The position numbers and the translations under genes were made by a program. From a virus, in UHGV virus genome UHGV-1780201: a stretch of 10,979 nt of DNA, one strand, 5' to 3'. Of this stretch, positions 8,100 through 10,979 are shown piece by piece; positions within the stretch are counted from its first letter, which is position 1, and the number at the start of each line of letters is the position of its first letter. Below the pieces are notes generated by a model. It was not told the DNA's origin, did no database searches, and saw only the letters and a program-made list of their open reading frames with translations.

Positions 8100-8529
8100 T
8101 GCCGTCACGGTGCTGAAAACTAACCCCGATATGCTGCGGATATTCGTGGATAACGGGAGTATTGCCTCCACACTGGCGGCGTCGTTGTCATTCGAAAAGC
8201 GTTACACGCTCAATGTCATTGTGACCGACTTTACCGGTGATTTTGACCTGCTCATCGTGCCGGTGCTGGCGTGGCTGCGGGAAAATCAGCCCGACATCAT
8301 GACCACCGACGCAGGCCAGAAAAAGGGCTTCACGTTTTATGCAGACATCAACAATGACAGCAGCTTTGATATCAGCATCAGCCTGATGCTGACCGAGCGC
8401 ACGCTGGTCAGTGAGGTGGACGGCGCACTGCATGTGAAGAATATCCCGGAACCTCCGCCGCCGGAGCCGGTTACCCGACCGATGGAGCTGTATATCAATG
8501 GCGAACTGGTGAGCAAGTGGGATGAATGA
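8062..8529 (+). CDS. R: Tail completion protein gpR
   Basis: 155-aa ORF (MLKPDSLRRALTDAVTVLKTNPDMLRIFVDNGS...). Length and synteny match P2 gpR. Confidence 0.85.
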   Translation: MLKPDSLRRALTDAVTVLKTNPDMLRIFVDNGSIASTLAASLSFEKRYTLNVIVTDFTGDFDLLIVPVLAWLRENQPDIMTTDAGQKKGFTFYADINNDSSFDISISLMLTERTLVSEVDGALHVKNIPEPPPPEPVTRPMELYINGELVSKWDE

Positions 8530-8974
8530 GTTTAAGCGTTTTGAAGACCGGCTGACCGGACTGATTGAGTCGCTGTCACCATCAGGGCGTCGGCGACTGA
8601 GTGCCGAACTGGCGAAACGTCTGCGGCAGAGTCAGCAGCATCGTGTGATGGCACAGAAAGCCCCGGACGGCACACCCTACGCGCCACGTCAGCAGCAGAG
8701 CGCCAGAAAAAAGACCGGTCGCGTTAAGCGAAAAATGTTTGCGAAACTTATCACCAGTCGTTTTTTGCATATCCGCGCCAGCCCGGAACAGGCATCAATG
8801 GAATTTTACGGCGGAAAGTCACCGAAAATCGCCAGTGTGCATCAGTTCGGTCTGTCGGAAGAAAACCGGAAAGACGGTAAGAAAATTGATTATCCGGCGC
8901 GTCCCCTGCTCGGCTTTACCGGTGAGGATGTGCAGATGATTGAAGAGATTATTCTGGCGCACCTCGACCGTTAG
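8522..8974 (+). CDS. S: Tail completion protein gpS
   Basis: 150-aa ORF (MNEFKRFEDRLTGLIESLSPSGRRRLSAELAKRLRQ...). Overlaps the R 3' end by 8 nt. Length and synteny match P2 gpS. Confidence 0.85.
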   Translation: MNEFKRFEDRLTGLIESLSPSGRRRLSAELAKRLRQSQQHRVMAQKAPDGTPYAPRQQQSARKKTGRVKRKMFAKLITSRFLHIRASPEQASMEFYGGKSPKIASVHQFGLSEENRKDGKKIDYPARPLLGFTGEDVQMIEEIILAHLDR

Positions 8975-9040
8975 TTGTGCCATTCCCGACACCTCATCGT
9001 CACATTGCCGCCGGTATGACCCGGCGGCATCCTTCCCGTT
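8975..9040 (+). promoter_or_regulatory. S-V intergenic region, presumed site of late promoter P_V; contains a GC-rich hairpin at 9006-9029
   Basis: 66-bp gap between S and V. P2 has a late promoter upstream of V (established knowledge). A 9-bp perfect inverted repeat TGCCGCCGG / CCGGCGGCA with a 6-nt loop sits at 9006-9029. No clean promoter motif was identified. Confidence 0.3.
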
Positions 9041-9682
9041 ATGAACACTCTCGCAAATATTCAGGAACTCGCGCGCGCACTGCGCAACATGATCCGCACC
9101 GGCATTATCGTCGAAACCGACCTTAACGCCGGTCGCTGCCGTGTGCAGACCGGCGGCATGTGCACCGACTGGCTTCAGTGGCTGACCCATCGCGCCGGGC
9201 GTTCGCGCACATGGTGGGCACCTTCCGTGGGGGAACAGGTGCTGATTCTGGCCGTGGGCGGTGAACTCGACACGGCGTTCGTTCTGCCGGGGATTTATTC
9301 CGGCGATAACCCCGCGCCGTCTGCGTCGGCGGATGCCCTGCATATCCGTTTCCCTGACGGGGCGGTGATTGAATATGAACCCGAAACCAGTGCACTTACG
9401 GTAAGCGGAATTAAAACGGCCAGCGTGACGGCTTCTGATTCTGTTACTGCCACGGTGCCGGTGGTCACGGTGAAAGCATCAACCCGCGTCACCCTGGACA
9501 CACCGGAAGTGGTCTGCACTAACAAGCTGACTACCGGCACGCTGGAAGTGCAGAAGGGCGGGAAGATGCACGGCAACATCGAGCATACCGACGGGAAATT
9601 CACGTCTAACGGCGTTCAGGTGGATGACCACGGTCACGGTGGTGTTAAGTCAGGAGACAACTGGACACAGGGGACAAAATGA
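9041..9682 (+). CDS. V: Baseplate central spike protein gpV
   Basis: 213-aa ORF (MNTLANIQELARALRNMIRTGIIVETDLNAGRCRVQTGG...) with a C-terminal His-Gly cluster (DDHGHGGVKSGD), consistent with the metal-binding spike apex described for P2 gpV-type spikes. Synteny matches P2. Confidence 0.85.
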   Translation: MNTLANIQELARALRNMIRTGIIVETDLNAGRCRVQTGGMCTDWLQWLTHRAGRSRTWWAPSVGEQVLILAVGGELDTAFVLPGIYSGDNPAPSASADALHIRFPDGAVIEYEPETSALTVSGIKTASVTASDSVTATVPVVTVKASTRVTLDTPEVVCTNKLTTGTLEVQKGGKMHGNIEHTDGKFTSNGVQVDDHGHGGVKSGDNWTQGTK

Positions 9683-10026
9683 CAGCACGTTATCTCGGAA
9701 TGAATCGCAGTGATGGCCAGACTGTCACTGACCTTGAGCATATCAGCCAGAGTATCGGCGATATCCTGCGCACGCCGGTCGGCTCACGGGTGATGCGTCG
9801 TGATTACGGCTCGTTGCTGGCGTCAATGATTGACCAGCCGCAGACCCCGGCGCTTGAGTTGCAGATTAAGGTCGCCTGTTACATGGCGGTGCTGAAATGG
9901 GAACCCCGCGTCACCCTGGCATCCGTCACCACGGCGCGCAGCTTTGACGGGCGAATGACGGTCACGTTAACCGGCCAGCATAACGACACCGGCCAGCCAC
10001 TTTCGTTAACCATCCCTGTGAGTTGA
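9679..10026 (+). CDS. W: Baseplate wedge protein gpW (gp25-like)
   Basis: 115-aa ORF (MTARYLGMNRSDGQTVTDLEHISQSIGDILRTPVGSRVMRRDYGS...). Its start overlaps the V stop (ATGA). Length and synteny match P2 gpW. Confidence 0.85.
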   Translation: MTARYLGMNRSDGQTVTDLEHISQSIGDILRTPVGSRVMRRDYGSLLASMIDQPQTPALELQIKVACYMAVLKWEPRVTLASVTTARSFDGRMTVTLTGQHNDTGQPLSLTIPVS

Positions 10027-10030
10027 AACC

Positions 10031-10939
10031 ATGCCGATTATCGACCTGAACCAGCTACCCGCACCGGATGTGGTTGAGGAGCTGGACTTTGAAACCATTC
10101 TTGCCGAACGCAAGGCGACACTGATTTCCCTTTACCCGGAAGACCAGCAGGAGGCGGTCGCCCGTACCCTGACGCTGGAATCCGAGCCTCTCGTCAAACT
10201 GCTGGAGGAAAATGCTTATCGCGAGCTTATCTGGCGTCAGCGTGTGAATGAGGCCGCACGGGCGGTGATGCTGGCCTGTGCCGCCGGTAATGACCTTGAT
10301 GTGATTGGTGCCAATTACAACACCACGCGCCTGATTATCACCCCGGCAGATGATTCGACTATCCCGCCGACACCGGCAGTGATGGAGTCTGACACCGATT
10401 ATCGTCTGCGTATTCAGCAGGCGTTTGAGCGCTTAAGCGTCGCCGGGTCGGTGGGTGCCTATCAGTATCATGGCCGCAGTGCCGACGGGCGTGTCGCGGA
10501 TATCTCTGTCACCAGTCCGTCTCCGGCCTGCGTCACCATCTCTGTGCTGTCACGTGAAAATAACGGTGTCGCATCCGAAGACCTGCTGGCGGTGGTGCGT
10601 AACGCTCTTAATGGCGAGGACGTCAGGCCGGTGGCCGACCGCGTGACCGTGCAGTCTGCCGCCATCGTTGAATACCAGATAAACGCCACGCTTTACCTTT
10701 ACCCTGGTCCCGAAAGCGAACCCATTCGCGCTGCTGCTGTGAAAAAACTGGAAGCGTATATCACGGCACAGCACCGGCTGGGGCGTGACATCCGTCTGTC
10801 TGCCATTTATGCCGCTTTGCATGTGGAAGGCGTGCAGCGTGTCGAACTGACTGCTCCGCTGGCCGACATCGTGCTCAACAGTACGCAGGCGTCTTTCTGT
10901 ACCGAATACAACGTCGTGACCGGAGGCTCGGATGAGTGA
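10031..10939 (+). CDS. J: Baseplate assembly protein gpJ
   Basis: 302-aa ORF (MPIIDLNQLPAPDVVEELDFETILAERKATLISLYPEDQQ...). Length and synteny match P2 gpJ. Confidence 0.85.
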   Translation: MPIIDLNQLPAPDVVEELDFETILAERKATLISLYPEDQQEAVARTLTLESEPLVKLLEENAYRELIWRQRVNEAARAVMLACAAGNDLDVIGANYNTTRLIITPADDSTIPPTPAVMESDTDYRLRIQQAFERLSVAGSVGAYQYHGRSADGRVADISVTSPSPACVTISVLSRENNGVASEDLLAVVRNALNGEDVRPVADRVTVQSAAIVEYQINATLYLYPGPESEPIRAAAVKKLEAYITAQHRLGRDIRLSAIYAALHVEGVQRVELTAPLADIVLNSTQASFCTEYNVVTGGSDE

Positions 10940-10979
10940 TTCGCGACTGCTGCCGACCGGCTCATCACCGCTTGAGGTC
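10932..10979 (+). CDS. I: Baseplate protein gpI, 5' fragment (continues beyond window)
   Basis: ATG at 10932 overlapping the J stop; the first 16 codons (MSDSRLLPTGSSPLEV) are in the window. Position matches P2 gene I. Confidence 0.6.
   Translation, partial: MSDSRLLPTGSSPLEV

Noticed and set aside
2601-10979. Possible cargo, moron or defence-gene insertion in the late region
   Set aside because: Every intergenic gap is under 175 bp and gene order and sizes are fully collinear with P2 (Q P O N M L X Y K lysA lysB lysC R S V W J I). There is no room for an inserted gene in this window.

Overview
This window is the left ~11 kb of a P2-like (Peduovirus-type) phage or prophage late region, collinear with phage P2: the leftward packaging operon (terminase large subunit P, then portal Q running off the left edge), a divergent late-promoter region, then the rightward genes O, N, M, L, X, Y, K, lysA, lysB, lysC, R, S, V, W, J and the start of I. 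Gene identities come from my recollection of P2 protein sequences, gene order and lengths; no database search was run. I see no cargo or moron insertions, RNA genes, CRISPR arrays or IS elements, and no novel system. The notable anomaly is that both leftward packaging genes carry a single in-frame TGA (portal at 397-399, terminase at 2571-2573, codon 10) with the reading frame otherwise intact, while all 15 complete rightward genes are full length. As written, this element would be packaging-defective unless the stops are sequencing errors or are read through. Minor observations are GC-rich hairpins or palindromes in three intergenic regions and the known lysB/lysC/R triple overlap.
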